From Octopus sinensis (Eukaryota), in NCBI RefSeq assembly GCF_006345805.1, contig NC_043013.1, positions 35,960,001 through 36,024,000 of the forward strand: DNA of 64,000 nt, given 5' to 3'. A program made the position numbers and the translations under genes. Under the pieces are notes generated by a model. That model saw only the letters and a program-made list of their open reading frames with translations. It searched no databases and had not been told where the DNA came from. Shown here in pieces: positions 37,831 to 50,319 of the stretch. How positions within the stretch are numbered: the first letter of the stretch is position 1; each line of letters starts with the position of its first letter.

Positions 37831-38171
37831 ACCTATCCTTACAAATATGGCAAAATGTGCATTTATATGGTGATGGTGATGGTGGTGGTGTTGGAGGTGA
37901 AATGTTTAATATCTATATTTAGATCTCCCATCTACCATGCTTGTTATGTCCCCACCTGCTACTTTCACTACTCTTTCTCATGCTATCGGCTATCAATCAC
38001 CCTCTTTCTCTCATCTCTGTATCTCACCACCTGTGTAACAAAGAATGACAGTGGATCTACTCATGTTCAACACTCCTTCCATCATCCTCAGTCTGAAGTT
38101 AAATAACATCAACCACATGCAAAAGACCATGTGTGTGCTGTGGATCATTACCTAAGAATCTAACGAACACC

Positions 38172-38173
<2 letters not shown>

Positions 38174-38202
<29 letters not shown>

Positions 38203-38372
38203 GTTTAACGTCCTCCTTTCATGCTGGCATGGGTTGGTCAGTTTGACAGGAGCTGGCCAGGCAGGAGCCTGCGCCATGCTTCTGTTGTTTGTTTTGGCAT
38301 GGTTTTTATGGCTGGATGCCCTTCCTAACACCAACCACTCAGTAGGGTGTTCTGAGTGCTTTTTACGTGGCC
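38174..38372 (-). mobile_element. Family B retroposon 3' part
   Basis: (ATC)n and family B body. Confidence 0.75.
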
Positions 38373-38815
38373 ACTTGCACTTTTAAATTGCACTTTCACT
38401 TTTACATGGCACTTGTACATTTACATGTTAAAAATTGTTATTTGCAGTTCTCCATATCATTGCCAAAGAAATAAACCTTCTTCAGTGTCTTTACTAAATG
38501 TCATTTAAATTCTTGTAGAAATGCATCAGGACATCAGTCAGGACATATCACACCTCCAGTTACTGCACTAAATATTTCTGCAAATGCTTTGTCTCTGATG
38601 CAGCGTACTTTATCTTAATTCTTTATGTGCAAAATGAAAACTTCGTAGTTATTGTTGCAATGAGTGGAAAGAATGTGGTAAGAAACTCTCAGGAGAGGCA
38701 GAATAGCAAAAGATCTCCATAGATGAAACCCCACTCAAAGAAGGGATTCCATCTTACAGGTCATGGCTCTTAGGTGCCCACCTACTGATATTTTTTAGTA
38801 TCTTAGGCATTTCTC

Positions 38816-39242
38816 TTTACTCTTTTTTTACTCTTTTACTTGTTTCAGTTATTTGACTGTTGCCATGCTGGAGCATCACCTTTAGTCGAGCAAATCGACC
38901 CCAGGACTTATTCTTTGTAAGCCTAGTACTTATTCTATCGGTCTCTTTTGTCAAACTACTAAGTTACGGGGACGTAAACACAGCAGCATCGGTTGTCAAG
39001 CGATTTGGGGGGACAACCACAAACACACAAACGTATACACACACACACACATACATACATACATATATATATATATAAACATATATACAACGGGCTTCTT
39101 TCAGTTTCCGTCTACCAAATCTACTCACAAGGCTTTGGTCAGCCCGAGGCTATAATAGAAGACACTTGCTCAAGGTGCTACACAGTGGGACTGAACCTGG
39201 AGCCATGTGGTTCACAAGCAAGCACTTTACCACACAGCCACT
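38816..39242 (-). mobile_element. SINE family A, full length
   Basis: Reverse complement of family A. Confidence 0.9.
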
Positions 39243-39550
39243 CAGACTTGTGCATTTAAGAACTGGAGATTTTACAAGATCTTGCTGAAACTCATCTCTG
39301 TGGCCTCTGCTTTCAAACTCGAAAGCAAGGTTTAGAAATAAAATTGGTAGTCATAGTGGTGAAATATCAATTGTGTCAATACTGCCATCAACACACTCTC
39401 ACCATGACCTTATCAGAGTTACTTCCCTTAGTGTACATTAAAATGCTTCTACATTGCCATCAAGACTTACCACAAAGTAGAATAAGTACTTTGTGCAAGT
39501 AATTCTGTATTGATAAACAAGACATACCTCAACACAGAATAGTTTCAAAC

Positions 39551-40630
39551 ATGATCCGGATATCGTACGATGGGTTGGTGCCTTCCTCTCAGATCGCTCC
39601 TTCCAAGTCCAAGTTAATGGTTCGTGGTCCGACGTCTCCAGTGCGAGCAGTGGCGTGCCTCAAAGTTCAGTGCTTGGGCCATTATTGTTCTTAGTCTTCA
39701 TAAATGACTTGCCCGACGACCTCACGCAACACACCCTTCTATTTGCCGACGATGTCAAACTGGTCGCTCCTCGCGGTGATATAGAGGATCTTCATCGATG
39801 CCTCTACCAAATTTGGAGGTGGTCTAACAAATGGGACCTGTGTCTGAACGTGTCAAAGTGCTGTCATCTGCCTGTTGGCTCTCCTCCTGCAACTCAACTT
39901 GATTTCGAGCCGGGTCGTCAGCTGCTGGAGAGGACCGATCAGGTAAAGGACCTGGGTATCTTGGTGGATTCCTCCTTTTCGCCTTCAGCCCAGTGCGTCC
40001 ATGCTGCCAACAAAGCACGCGGAATTCTGTTCTTGATTCAACGGTCATTCGGAATGCTCACAGCAGCGATATTCCTACCACTGTATGTCACACCGGTGAG
40101 ACCCATATTGGAGTATGGGATTCAAGCCTCTTCTCCTTATCTCCTCAAAGACATACAGCATCTCGAAAGAGTCCAGAAGCTGGCTACCCGCATGGTTCAT
40201 GGTCTCAAAAATTTGTCCTATGAAGAAAGGCTGAGGACACTCGACCTTTATTCTCTAGAAAAATGCCGCCGCCGTGGTGATCTCATTCTCGCCCACAGCA
40301 TCATAAGCAGAAAGTGTAACCTCTTGAAAGAGCTGTTCTTCACTCCTGCTCCAGAGCGTCGGCTGCGGGGTCATTCCGAAAAGCTCTACCTGCGACGATT
40401 TCATCTCAATCGAAGGAGAGGAGCTTTCTCCGTCCGGGTTGCGGATCCGTGGAACAAGCTGCCAGACGAGATGGTGAAGATGCCGACGACCGCTTTGTTC
40501 AAAGCCTCCCTTGACCTCAAGTGGCCCGAACTCTTTACATGAACACCGCCCTGTACTTAACTCCATGTCCCTCTACATGGCCTTGCTATTTGCTTTTGAG
40601 CCAAATTAACTAACTAACTAACTAACTAAC
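39551..40630 (+). mobile_element. 5'-truncated CR1-group LINE with (TAAC)6 tail
   Basis: RT motifs SGVPQSSVLGPLLF, FADD, KDLGILVD, LVRPILEY-like, LERVQKLATR, RRRGDLI, WNKLP; GC higher than the flanks; tail at 40607-40630. Confidence 0.95.
39553..40542 (+). CDS. LINE ORF2 C-terminal half (reverse transcriptase); open frame, no start codon
   Basis: Uninterrupted frame from DPDIVRWVGAFLSDRSFQVQVNG to KWPELFT*; contains the supplied 295-aa ORF. Confidence 0.9.
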   Translation, partial: DPDIVRWVGAFLSDRSFQVQVNGSWSDVSSASSGVPQSSVLGPLLFLVFINDLPDDLTQHTLLFADDVKLVAPRGDIEDLHRCLYQIWRWSNKWDLCLNVSKCCHLPVGSPPATQLDFEPGRQLLERTDQVKDLGILVDSSFSPSAQCVHAANKARGILFLIQRSFGMLTAAIFLPLYVTPVRPILEYGIQASSPYLLKDIQHLERVQKLATRMVHGLKNLSYEERLRTLDLYSLEKCRRRGDLILAHSIISRKCNLLKELFFTPAPERRLRGHSEKLYLRRFHLNRRRGAFSVRVADPWNKLPDEMVKMPTTALFKASLDLKWPELFT

Positions 40631-40733
40631 TTGATATTTCTCAACATAAGACAGAATGGTATATAAAACTGCTTTCTACAGTTAAGGGTAATGGAATTAT
40701 GAAGTGATATATTTGATCTCCACAATCAAAGAA

Positions 40734-41304
40734 TTAACCCTTTCATTACTGTATTTCTGTTGTGATGTTCTGTGTTTCTTTCAGATAATTTTAAATATAG
40801 CAAAGAATTTAGTAAAATAACCTTAGTTATCATTAAGCTAGTGTTAGGAACGTAAATTATGGTGACGGTTTGGTGTAAGATTTAAATTCAGAACTTATGG
40901 AAACAAGACATTTGCACTACAGAGCCAGAGTTGGTTTCAGCCGGGTTGGTATCAAAAGGGTTAAATGTAACAAAGAATTTAGTAAAATAACCTTAGTTAC
41001 CATTAAGCTAGTGTTAGGAACATAAAATGTGGCAAAGGTTTGGTGGAAGATTTTAATTCAGAACTTATGGAAACAAGACATTTGTACTACAGAGCCAGAG
41101 TTGGTTTCAGCCGGGTTGGTATCAAAAGGGTTAAATGTAACAAAGAATTTAGTAAAATAACCTTAGTTACCATTAAGCTAGTGTTAGGAACATAAAATGT
41201 GGCAAAGGTTTGGTGGAAGATTTTAATTCAGAACTTATGGAAACAAGACATTTGTACTACAGAGCCAGAGGCAGTTTCAGCCAGGTTGGTATCAAAAGGG
41301 TTAA
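40734..41304 (+). mobile_element. piggyBac-type MITE with its 3' 170 bp present three times in tandem
   Basis: TTAA-CCCTT start; each unit ends GGTTGGTATCAAAAGGG-TTAA; CAAAGAATTTAGT recurs at 40801, 40971 and 41141. Confidence 0.8.
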
Positions 41305-42308
41305 ATATCTGCAGAATTGTTTACTAAATTAGTATTGCACTTCCTACATGCACTTCTTACATGTCACAAAATTTTCAATGTTCCTTTGTAACATTTGCTT
41401 CTATGATCCTTCTTTAGTAACTGGTCTTAATTTTGAACTCAATTCTGCTTTTTAATTCGTATCCCATAGGTAGATGTTTTTCTATAAATAGCTTGGGACT
41501 TTTTCAAAAGGTTACCATTTTTGCATTTTATTTATTTATTTTTTTGGCTTTTTTGCTTATTTTTATTTTACCATTATAAAATCTATAGCTGACACATAGA
41601 ATATCAAAATTCTTTTTTTTTTTTTTTCTAAATATGGAATTAAACAGTCACTCTTTCAAATTTATCTCTACTTGCCTCTCTTATCTAATTCTCTCATATT
41701 TTTGCCCCATTGCTCTGATACTTTTCTTTTATCCCTCATTTCATTCCTCCTATCTTATATGATTAATTCACCAATAATTTTTTTTTTCCTCTCATTAGCT
41801 CGGAAGAAATCAAAAATGAATGAAACAGATTTGTAAGCTGATAAATAAATAAATAAGTAAGTAAATAAATAAATAAATAAAAATCTACTTTTTGAAGTAT
41901 GAAGTTCTTTATTTAGATTGAGAATATTCTTGTTTTCACACACAAGTACATTTTATATTTGTGTGTGCATTTGAATGTGTATATATAAATGTGTGTGTGT
42001 ATAACGAGTTTCTACATATACGTATATATGCTTATATGTTATACATAAATGTGTACACATATTATATATATATATATATTATACATATATAACACACAAT
42101 CAGACGCACACACATATATACAAACACGACATACACACATACACACACACATATGTTTGCATGTATGAATATATATGTACACACACACACACACATATAT
42201 ATATATACACACATACATATATGTATATATATTTGTGGATATATATATGTGTATATATATGTATATATATTTATTTATATATATATGTATATGTATATAT
42301 AAATATGT

Positions 42309-42365
<57 letters not shown>

Positions 42366-42560
42366 ATATGTGTGTGTGTGTGTATGTGCATATATATAAA
42401 ACAGCAGAAATAGTGGAGGAGTAAAGTACTCAAATATACTCTATAAATTCACACATATATTCATAAACACACAAACACATCTATAAAGGCATATGTATAT
42501 ATATAGAGACACAAACAATCACACACTCACACACACACACACACACTCGCTCACACACAC

Positions 42561-42594
<34 letters not shown>

Positions 42595-43087
42595 ACACAA
42601 ACACATACATTTCAAATAATTGAAATATCAGATTAAGATGAGAGAGTGGGTGTAAAAAATATTAAAACAATAAAAATGAAAATTATCAACAGCATACTTT
42701 CTTCTCTCTCAAAAATCAAGAAAAAAAATATTCTACAGATATAATCCAAGAATTTATTGTATATTTCAGGAGTGATTAATTTTAGTTTTTAAAAAATTCT
42801 GTTATTTTATTTCCTAAATGCACATACGCATGCATACACGTGAATGAAATTGTTTTGAATACACACACATTCACACACAAACACACATGTATACTCACAT
42901 AAAGATAGATGCTCACAGAGTTATATGTACGTCTGTGTGTATATATATATATATACATATATATATACTATATATAATATATCTATATATAATACACACA
43001 CACACACATATATATATTCTTATAGAAGATATGGAAGTATATAGATACCGCATTTCATTTTTTAAAGTAGGGATTATACACACATAA

Positions 43088-43141
<54 letters not shown>

Positions 43142-43401
43142 GTATGTATGTATGTATGTATTATATATATTATATATATATATATATTATATATATATAC
43201 ACAAATAGATATATAGATAGACAGATATAGACACACACTCACACATATGTATGAATATGCATATAATCAGATAGGTATATGAGTATGTTGTATGTGCAGA
43301 CACATACATACAGACACACACATATATATACATATATATATATATGTGTGTGTATGTATATATATTATATATATATATTATTATATATTATTATATATAT
43401 A

Positions 43402-43488
<87 letters not shown>

Positions 43489-43499
43489 TGTGCTCTCTC

Positions 43500-43760
43500 G
43501 TCTCATGTTTGATCTTTGACCTCTGGCCGAAATCAAATCGCCATGTTGATTCGTTAGCTACTGCACGCATTTTTTTTCTCTCCTTCTTTCTGTGTTTTTC
43601 TCTCTCTGTGTATCTTTCTGTTGAAGAGCGTAGGCTCGAAACGTTAAAGACTTGTTTTATTTATATTTCCTGAGCGCCATACTAATACAATTGTTCGTTT
43701 GTTTTCCACCTGCCTTCGTCTTTTGTTTATTTTCATAAAGCTTCCCGTTATATACATATA
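43500..43760 (+). mobile_element. Penelope-type pLTR-like repeat carrying a variant hammerhead (43613-43650)
   Basis: TCTTT-CTGTTGA-A-GAGC-GTAG-GCTC-GAA-ACGT-T-AAAGA; three more copies in the window. Confidence 0.7.
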
Positions 43761-44487
43761 TACATATGTATATGTGTATGTGTAGGTATGTATGTATGTA
43801 TGATTGAATGTATGTATCTAAATATACACAGGCACACATCTGTGCTTATTTCTGTGTGTGTGTGTGTGTGTGTGTGTTGTGTGTGTGTGTACTGTAAGAA
43901 AGTCAGCATTGAAAAGTGTTTTTAAATTGGAAAGAAATTACAGAATATGGAGGTCATTGTGTATTGACATATATGTAATCATAAAATTTATATATGTATG
44001 TAAATATATATTTATATGTGGATGTATATACGCACACATAAACACTCATGCATTTACAAACATATACAAATATACACATATATATATATATGTATATATA
44101 TATATATGTGTATACATGTTTGTGTGCATGTGTGTGTCTATGTGTTTCTGCGAGCATTTAATTCAAGCCACCTTTTATGGAAAAAAAAATAAAAACAAAT
44201 AAAATCTACTACTTATAAAAAGTATTTAAAAGACAATAAAGAATTTATCCAAGCAAATTACAAATTCCATTCTTTGGAATAGTCCTCTGGGGAAATATAA
44301 CGACCAGCCAGCAGTCGTAGAGAAATAGGAAGTGGTTGACATGTTTGACAGTAGCTATAGTAGATGGGGCACATTTTTGTGGCTTCCTTTGCGTTTTTTT
44401 ATGTATATTTTATTGCTTAGTCCTTTTTAATTGAAGTACTTTTATAAAATTTTAGGGGCCCTTTGTAATACATACATACATACATAC

Positions 44488-44520
<33 letters not shown>

Positions 44521-44581
44521 CATATGTATGCCTATGTATATATATATATATATATATATATAGTGTGTGTATGTACGTATG

Positions 44582-44619
<38 letters not shown>

Positions 44620-44634
44620 TAGATAGATAGATAT

Positions 44635-44688
<54 letters not shown>

Positions 44689-44882
44689 TTATAGATAGAT
44701 ATAGATATATACACATATATATATACTTATATATAGTAAGAATAAGTGAAGAGGAGAATTTCGATTAGTGAAAGTGAAACCAGTCGACAAACACAATACT
44801 CTTTCACTTATAAAATATATTTAAAAATATATTAAAACTATGTAAACATTGTGCATTTTCCTGCTTTTACACTATATATATG

Positions 44883-44926
<44 letters not shown>

Positions 44927-45949
44927 TATATATACATACATATGTGTGAGTGTGTGTGTGTACACAGAGAGAAAGATATTGAGAATTAGATAGATTAATT
45001 GATAACATTCACATAAATAAGATGAGTTATATTATAAAACAAAGTGATGACAAGCAAACAATGCATGAAGTTAGACTAGCAATTCACATGTAGCTGAAAA
45101 AGTGTAGAAATATGAAGTGAAAAACATCAATCAAAGAAGTGGATAATGCAAATTAACATTCCAGATGGAAGTAACAGAAAAGAATGTAAAAGAAGGAAAA
45201 GTAATAAAAGAAGCAAGAGTAAAAGAGAAATACATGATTACACGGCAGGGCTGGTGTAAAACGGTAGCTGAGGAGTTGGACAGAAGGACTAGTAATGGTA
45301 ATATAACCTCAATTTCAGTGAGAGTGAAGGGAGAGGAGGAAAGAGAAAATGCAGGATATAGAAAAAGAAATCAGAGAGGAAGTCAGAATAAGGGAGCAAG
45401 AAGGGATGAAACGATGAAAATGGAGAGAATGAGCAAGGGAGAGAAAGTGGGAAGAGGAGTATTGCACTTATAAACTGCTCTGTGCTTATTTGGCATGTAA
45501 AACTGTGTAGGAGTATTTCAATACATATGTAATAGCTAAATGAAAAATATTAAAATCTATGTATTTGTAAAATGTCAGGAATGATCTTTAAAAGGCAAGA
45601 TGTTAAAACGATTGAGGTCCTTAATATGCATGGATTGTTGGCACGTCCATGAAGGATTTGGATAATGTTTGCCACTGGCTGAGAATGTATTTATCAAAAT
45701 AAGAGACTTTGCAGAAAACGTTTGCCATAGTGTTTAAGTAGCTCACAATGTTTATCAATTTCATTAAGATATATACTTGTTTTCTGCTGTACATACTCTT
45801 CATGTCTTGATGTGTGTAGTGAGATTTGTATCCATCCAGTTTGATAATGATTGACTCAAAATTGTATGCCTGGATTAGTGGACATGTGTATTCCTCTTGG
45901 TGGTGCAGACGTAGTTACCTTCAAGGAACTTTCTATAAAAGATTTTCTT

Positions 45950-46355
45950 GGCTGTGTGGTAAGTAGCTTGCTTACCAACCACATGGTTCCAGGTTCAGTC
46001 CCACTGCGTGGCACCTTGGGCAAGTGTCCTCTACTATAGCCTCGGGCTGACCAAAGCCTTGTGAGTGGATTTGGTAGATGGAAACTGAAAGAAGCCCATC
46101 ATATATACATATATGTATATATATATATATATATAGATGTGTGTTTGTGTGTCTGTGTTTGTTCCCACCAATATTGCTTGACAACTGATGCTGGTGTGTT
46201 TACGTCCCTGTAACTTAGCAGTTCGGTAAAAGTGACCGATAGGATAAGTACTAGGCTTGCAAAGAATAAGTCCTTGGGTCGACTTCCTCCACTAAAGGCG
46301 GTACTCCAGCATGGTCACTGTCAAATAACTGAAACAAGTAAAAGAGTAAAAAAAG
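45950..46355 (+). mobile_element. SINE family A
   Basis: Family A head (slightly truncated), body and tail. Confidence 0.88.
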
Positions 46356-47165
46356 AGTAAAGAGTTATAAAGATGGTTGACCGGAAAATGTTCATACATT
46401 AGAGCTGGGAATTGTTTACTTATAATTGTGTAAACATTTAAGGAGAAGCAGGATGAGAACCAAATAATATTACAAGGATTATTTCTATCCTAGGGAGGGA
46501 TGGGGCTGTGTGTTAAACCTGCTGGAAAATTTCTCCTTGAAGCTAATTTTCCAAGACCTTTTTCTTGAAGCAAACTTTAGTCCAAATCAAAACATGAAGA
46601 GTAGCAGGCTTGTGTCATATCAATGTGATTGTTCAATAGTGCAAATACATGTGACCTACTTGGTCTTTATACTTATACATATTAAGCATTTTACAAAATA
46701 AATTTGTGGATTGTAATGTCAGTTTTTATGCAGACAACATGTACCATGTCATATCGATGACTAAATTTTGAAAACTTTTAAGGAAAAGATTATAACATCC
46801 TTTACTAATTCAGAGCTCAAAATGACTAGCATATTTACTATTCATAGAATTGGTGATATGTAAAACTGAAGAAAGTCATGGTGTGAACACATTCGAGCAT
46901 AGATCTGCTCAATCAGGGCTGGAGTTGAACCAAACTATACTAGCAAATGTTATTTGTTACAGGATGGCAGAGCTCGGAAGTTGTTGACTATTGTGTTGTT
47001 GTGAAGTCGAGATAACATTCTTGTACACTCTTAATAAGATCAGATCGCTCCTAAGTTTCCTTGGTCTCACCTGGAAGGATAAGGTATCTCATACCAAAAT
47101 CCCCTTGGGAGCTGGGGTCTACAGTCTTGTGAGTGGATTTGGTAGACAGAAGCTGAAAGAAGTGT

Positions 47166-47388
47166 GTCAGAAACGTTAGCACACCAGGTGAAATGCTTAG
47201 CGCTATTTCGTCTGCCGTTACATTCTGAACGCAAATTCCACCGAGGTCGACTTTGCCTTTCATCCTTTCAGGGTCGATAAATTAAGTACCAGTTACACAC
47301 TGGGGTCAATGTAATCAACTTAATTCCTTTGTCTCTCCTTGTTTGTCTCCTCTATGTTTAGCTCCTTGTGGGCGATAAAGAAATAAGA
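47166..47388 (+). mobile_element. SINE family C
   Basis: CAGAAACGTTAGCAC..CCGAGGTCGACTTTGCC..AAAGAAATAAG. Confidence 0.85.
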
Positions 47389-47837
47389 AGTGTGTCATAT
47401 ATACACATACATACATACATACATACATACATATGTGTATATATATGTCTGTGTTCATATGTATATATATATATCTGTGTTCATTCCTCATCACCACTTG
47501 ACAGTGTGTTTATGTCTCCATAACTTAAGGGTTCAGCAAAAGAGAGCCCGATAAAACAAGTACCAGACTTTAAAATAAGTAGTGGAGTTGATTTGTTCAA
47601 CTAAAATTCTTCAAAGCGGTGCCCCACCATGGCCACAGGTTCATGACTGAGACTAGTAAAATATAAAAGATGAAAGATATAAAATAAAAAAAAAACTCCA
47701 GCATAATTGCGATAATCAATAAACAAATTAAAATAAAATTTTTCTGTCGCGGTCCAAGGGCTTGGGTCCCCAGCTCTTGCAAGTTACTTGATCGAGATAT
47801 TTTGTATAACACTTGCTGTAGATAAATTAAGTGGTAC

Positions 47838-48215
47838 ATTATTTACATTATTTACATTATTTACATTTGACAGATATTTGTCCTCATCTTGTTTGTTGTT
47901 GACACAACGTTTTGGCTGATATACCCCTTCCAGCCTTCATCAGGTGTCTTGGGGAAATTTTGAACCTGAGTTCTCATTCCTAAGGTATTTTTTGATGTTA
48001 TTATTATTATTATTATTGTCATTATTATAGTGTTCAGGTCACTGCTTGGAATCGAACTTGGAATCTTGGGGTTTGTAGCCCAGGCTCTTAACCACTACAC
48101 CATATACCTGTGGGCATATGTTGTGTTAACAACAAACAAGATGAGGACAAATATCCGTCGAATGTAAATAATGTAAATAATGTACATAATTCCTCATCTC
48201 TTAAATGTAGAACTG
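47838..48215 (-). mobile_element. tRNA-headed, hammerhead-tailed SINE (window family F) with an inverted extra tail and an apparent 13-bp target duplication
   Basis: Minus-strand tRNA-like head, (AAT)n, HHR at 47901-47948; plus-strand tail copy 48121-48215; AATTAAGTGGTAC at 47825-47837 and 48216-48228. Confidence 0.8.
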
Positions 48216-48767
48216 AATTAAGTGGTACTTTACCGATAGGGATACATACAATGTACTTGACCTTGATCCACTCTGAGGTACTTGATAGAGATTAGTAAAA
48301 TGTATTGACACATCGTGAGGTACTTGACCTGAATTACAACATGATGACATGCTATCTGGCCATGAGACATTAAATCTCATTTGACCAAGATCCATTGTTA
48401 GATATTCAGTAGAATTTCTTCTGGAAATGGCATCCTTTACTTGCTTCAGTCAATGGACTGCAGCCATGCTGGAGCACCACCATTTTTCAAGCCTGGTGCA
48501 TATTCTATCTTTTGCTGAACTGATAAGTTAAGGGAATGTAAATATAAAACAAGATGGATTGTTGACTTGGTGGAGGGGACAAATACACACACAGAGGTAT
48601 ATACATATATAGATATACTCGCACATATACGTATACATACATAATACACGTGTATACATACATATAAACACACACACGCACACACATATATATGCACAGC
48701 AAACTTCTTTCAATTTTCATCTATTGAATTCACTCACAAGGCTTTGGTTGGCATGGCGTTTAATACA

Positions 48768-48855
48768 GCCCACGGTCATATGGCGTAGTGGTTAAGAGCA
48801 CGGGCTACTAACCCCAAGATTTCGAGTTCAATTCCAGGCAGTGACCTGAATAATG

Positions 48856-48895
<40 letters not shown>

Positions 48896-49045
48896 CAACA
48901 ACATCGAAAAAAATACCTTAGGAATGAGAACCCAGGTTCAAAATTTCCCCAAATTACCTGAAGAAGGCTGGAGGGTATATCAGCCGAAACGTGTTAACAA
49001 CAAACACGATGAGGATAAATATCTGTCAAATGTAGATAATGTAAT
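48768..49045 (+). mobile_element. Family F SINE, second copy
   Basis: A-box TGGCGTAGTGG, B-box GAGTTCAATTCC, (AAT)n, HHR CTGAAGA-A-GGCTG-loop-CAGCC-GAAACGT at 48958-48992. Confidence 0.8.
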
Positions 49046-49546
49046 TAATTAATTACCTCAAATTTACCTTACTCCAATAAAATATTCTAAATGACTTGAG
49101 ATACTAGATTTTGTTGTCCTTTTTCTTCTAAAATATACATGAGACTGAGTGAGGAAGTGTGTCAATGCATGACATTGCAATCAATGTAACTGATATACAG
49201 TGTAATACTGAAATATAAAAAAGTAGATTCGAGAGGAACAATCAATCACTGTAAAACTGATAAGAAATATTAGGAAATATATCTAGGATCAACTACCATG
49301 CTGTGCATGCATGTAGGTCAAGTTCATGCAGTATATTTCGGTCAAGTAACCCAAGGTGCTGCACAATGTAACTGTACCCTAGACAACATGGCCAGGAGCC
49401 AAACTCCTTCACCACACATACACACCTGTGACTTCTCCCTTTGCAATCTTACCCATATGGCCCTTGGGAGTCCATATAAATATTTTGTTGTTAAAATTTA
49501 TCTGCAATAAATTAGTTTATGCTGCTACTATACACAAAATATTTTA

Positions 49547-49962
49547 CTCTCTTTACTCTTTTACTCTTTTACTTGTTTCAGCCATTTGACTGCAGCCATG
49601 CTGGAGCACTGCCTTGAGTGGAGCAAATCGACCCTAGGACTTATTCTTTGTATGCCTAGTACTTATTCTATCAGTCTCTTTTGCCGAACCACTAAGTTAT
49701 GGGGACGTAAACACACCAGCATCGGTTGAAAAGCGATGTTGGGGGGGTGGGGACAAACACAGACATATACACATGCACATACATATATATATATATTTCT
49801 ACATATATATGACAGGATTATTTCAGTTTCTGTCTACCTAATCCACTCACAAGGCTATGGTTGGCCCGAGGCTATAGTAGAAGACACTTTCCCAAGGTGC
49901 TACACAGTGGGAACGAACCCGGAACCATGTGGTTTCTAAGCAAGCTACTTACCACACAGCCA
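49547..49962 (-). mobile_element. SINE family A
   Basis: Reverse complement of family A, lying inside the inverted repeat loop. Confidence 0.88.
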
Positions 49963-50130
49963 ATCATTATTTTTATACAGTTCCTAACAATATTTAACTA
50001 TAAAAATAAAATAGTTCTTTGAATATTGAATGGTTCTGAAGGTCCATCTGAGTAAAATTGGAACTAAAAGACTGCATTGTTAAAAAAAGGGTTAAGAACC
50101 ACTGCCCAAGGTACTATACTATGTATCTGA

Positions 50131-50319
50131 CCTAGATACTTGACCTAATTACACCTAGGATGGCCTAGATACTTGACCTAATTACACCTAGACTAACCTA
50201 GATACTTGACCTAATTACACCTAAAATAACCTAGATACATGACCTAATTACACCTAGAATAACCTAGATACTTGACCTAGTTACACCTAGAATAATCTAG
50301 ATATTTGACCTAATTACAC
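50131..50319. repeat. 33-bp minisatellite, about 6 copies (CCTAGATACTTGACCTAATTACACCTAGAATAA)
   Basis: Units start at 50131, 50164, 50197, 50230, 50263 and 50296. Confidence 0.92.

Noticed and set aside
45165-45473. 102-aa K/E/R-rich ORF
   Set aside because: It is purine-biased low-complexity DNA that stays open by composition, with no recognisable domain.
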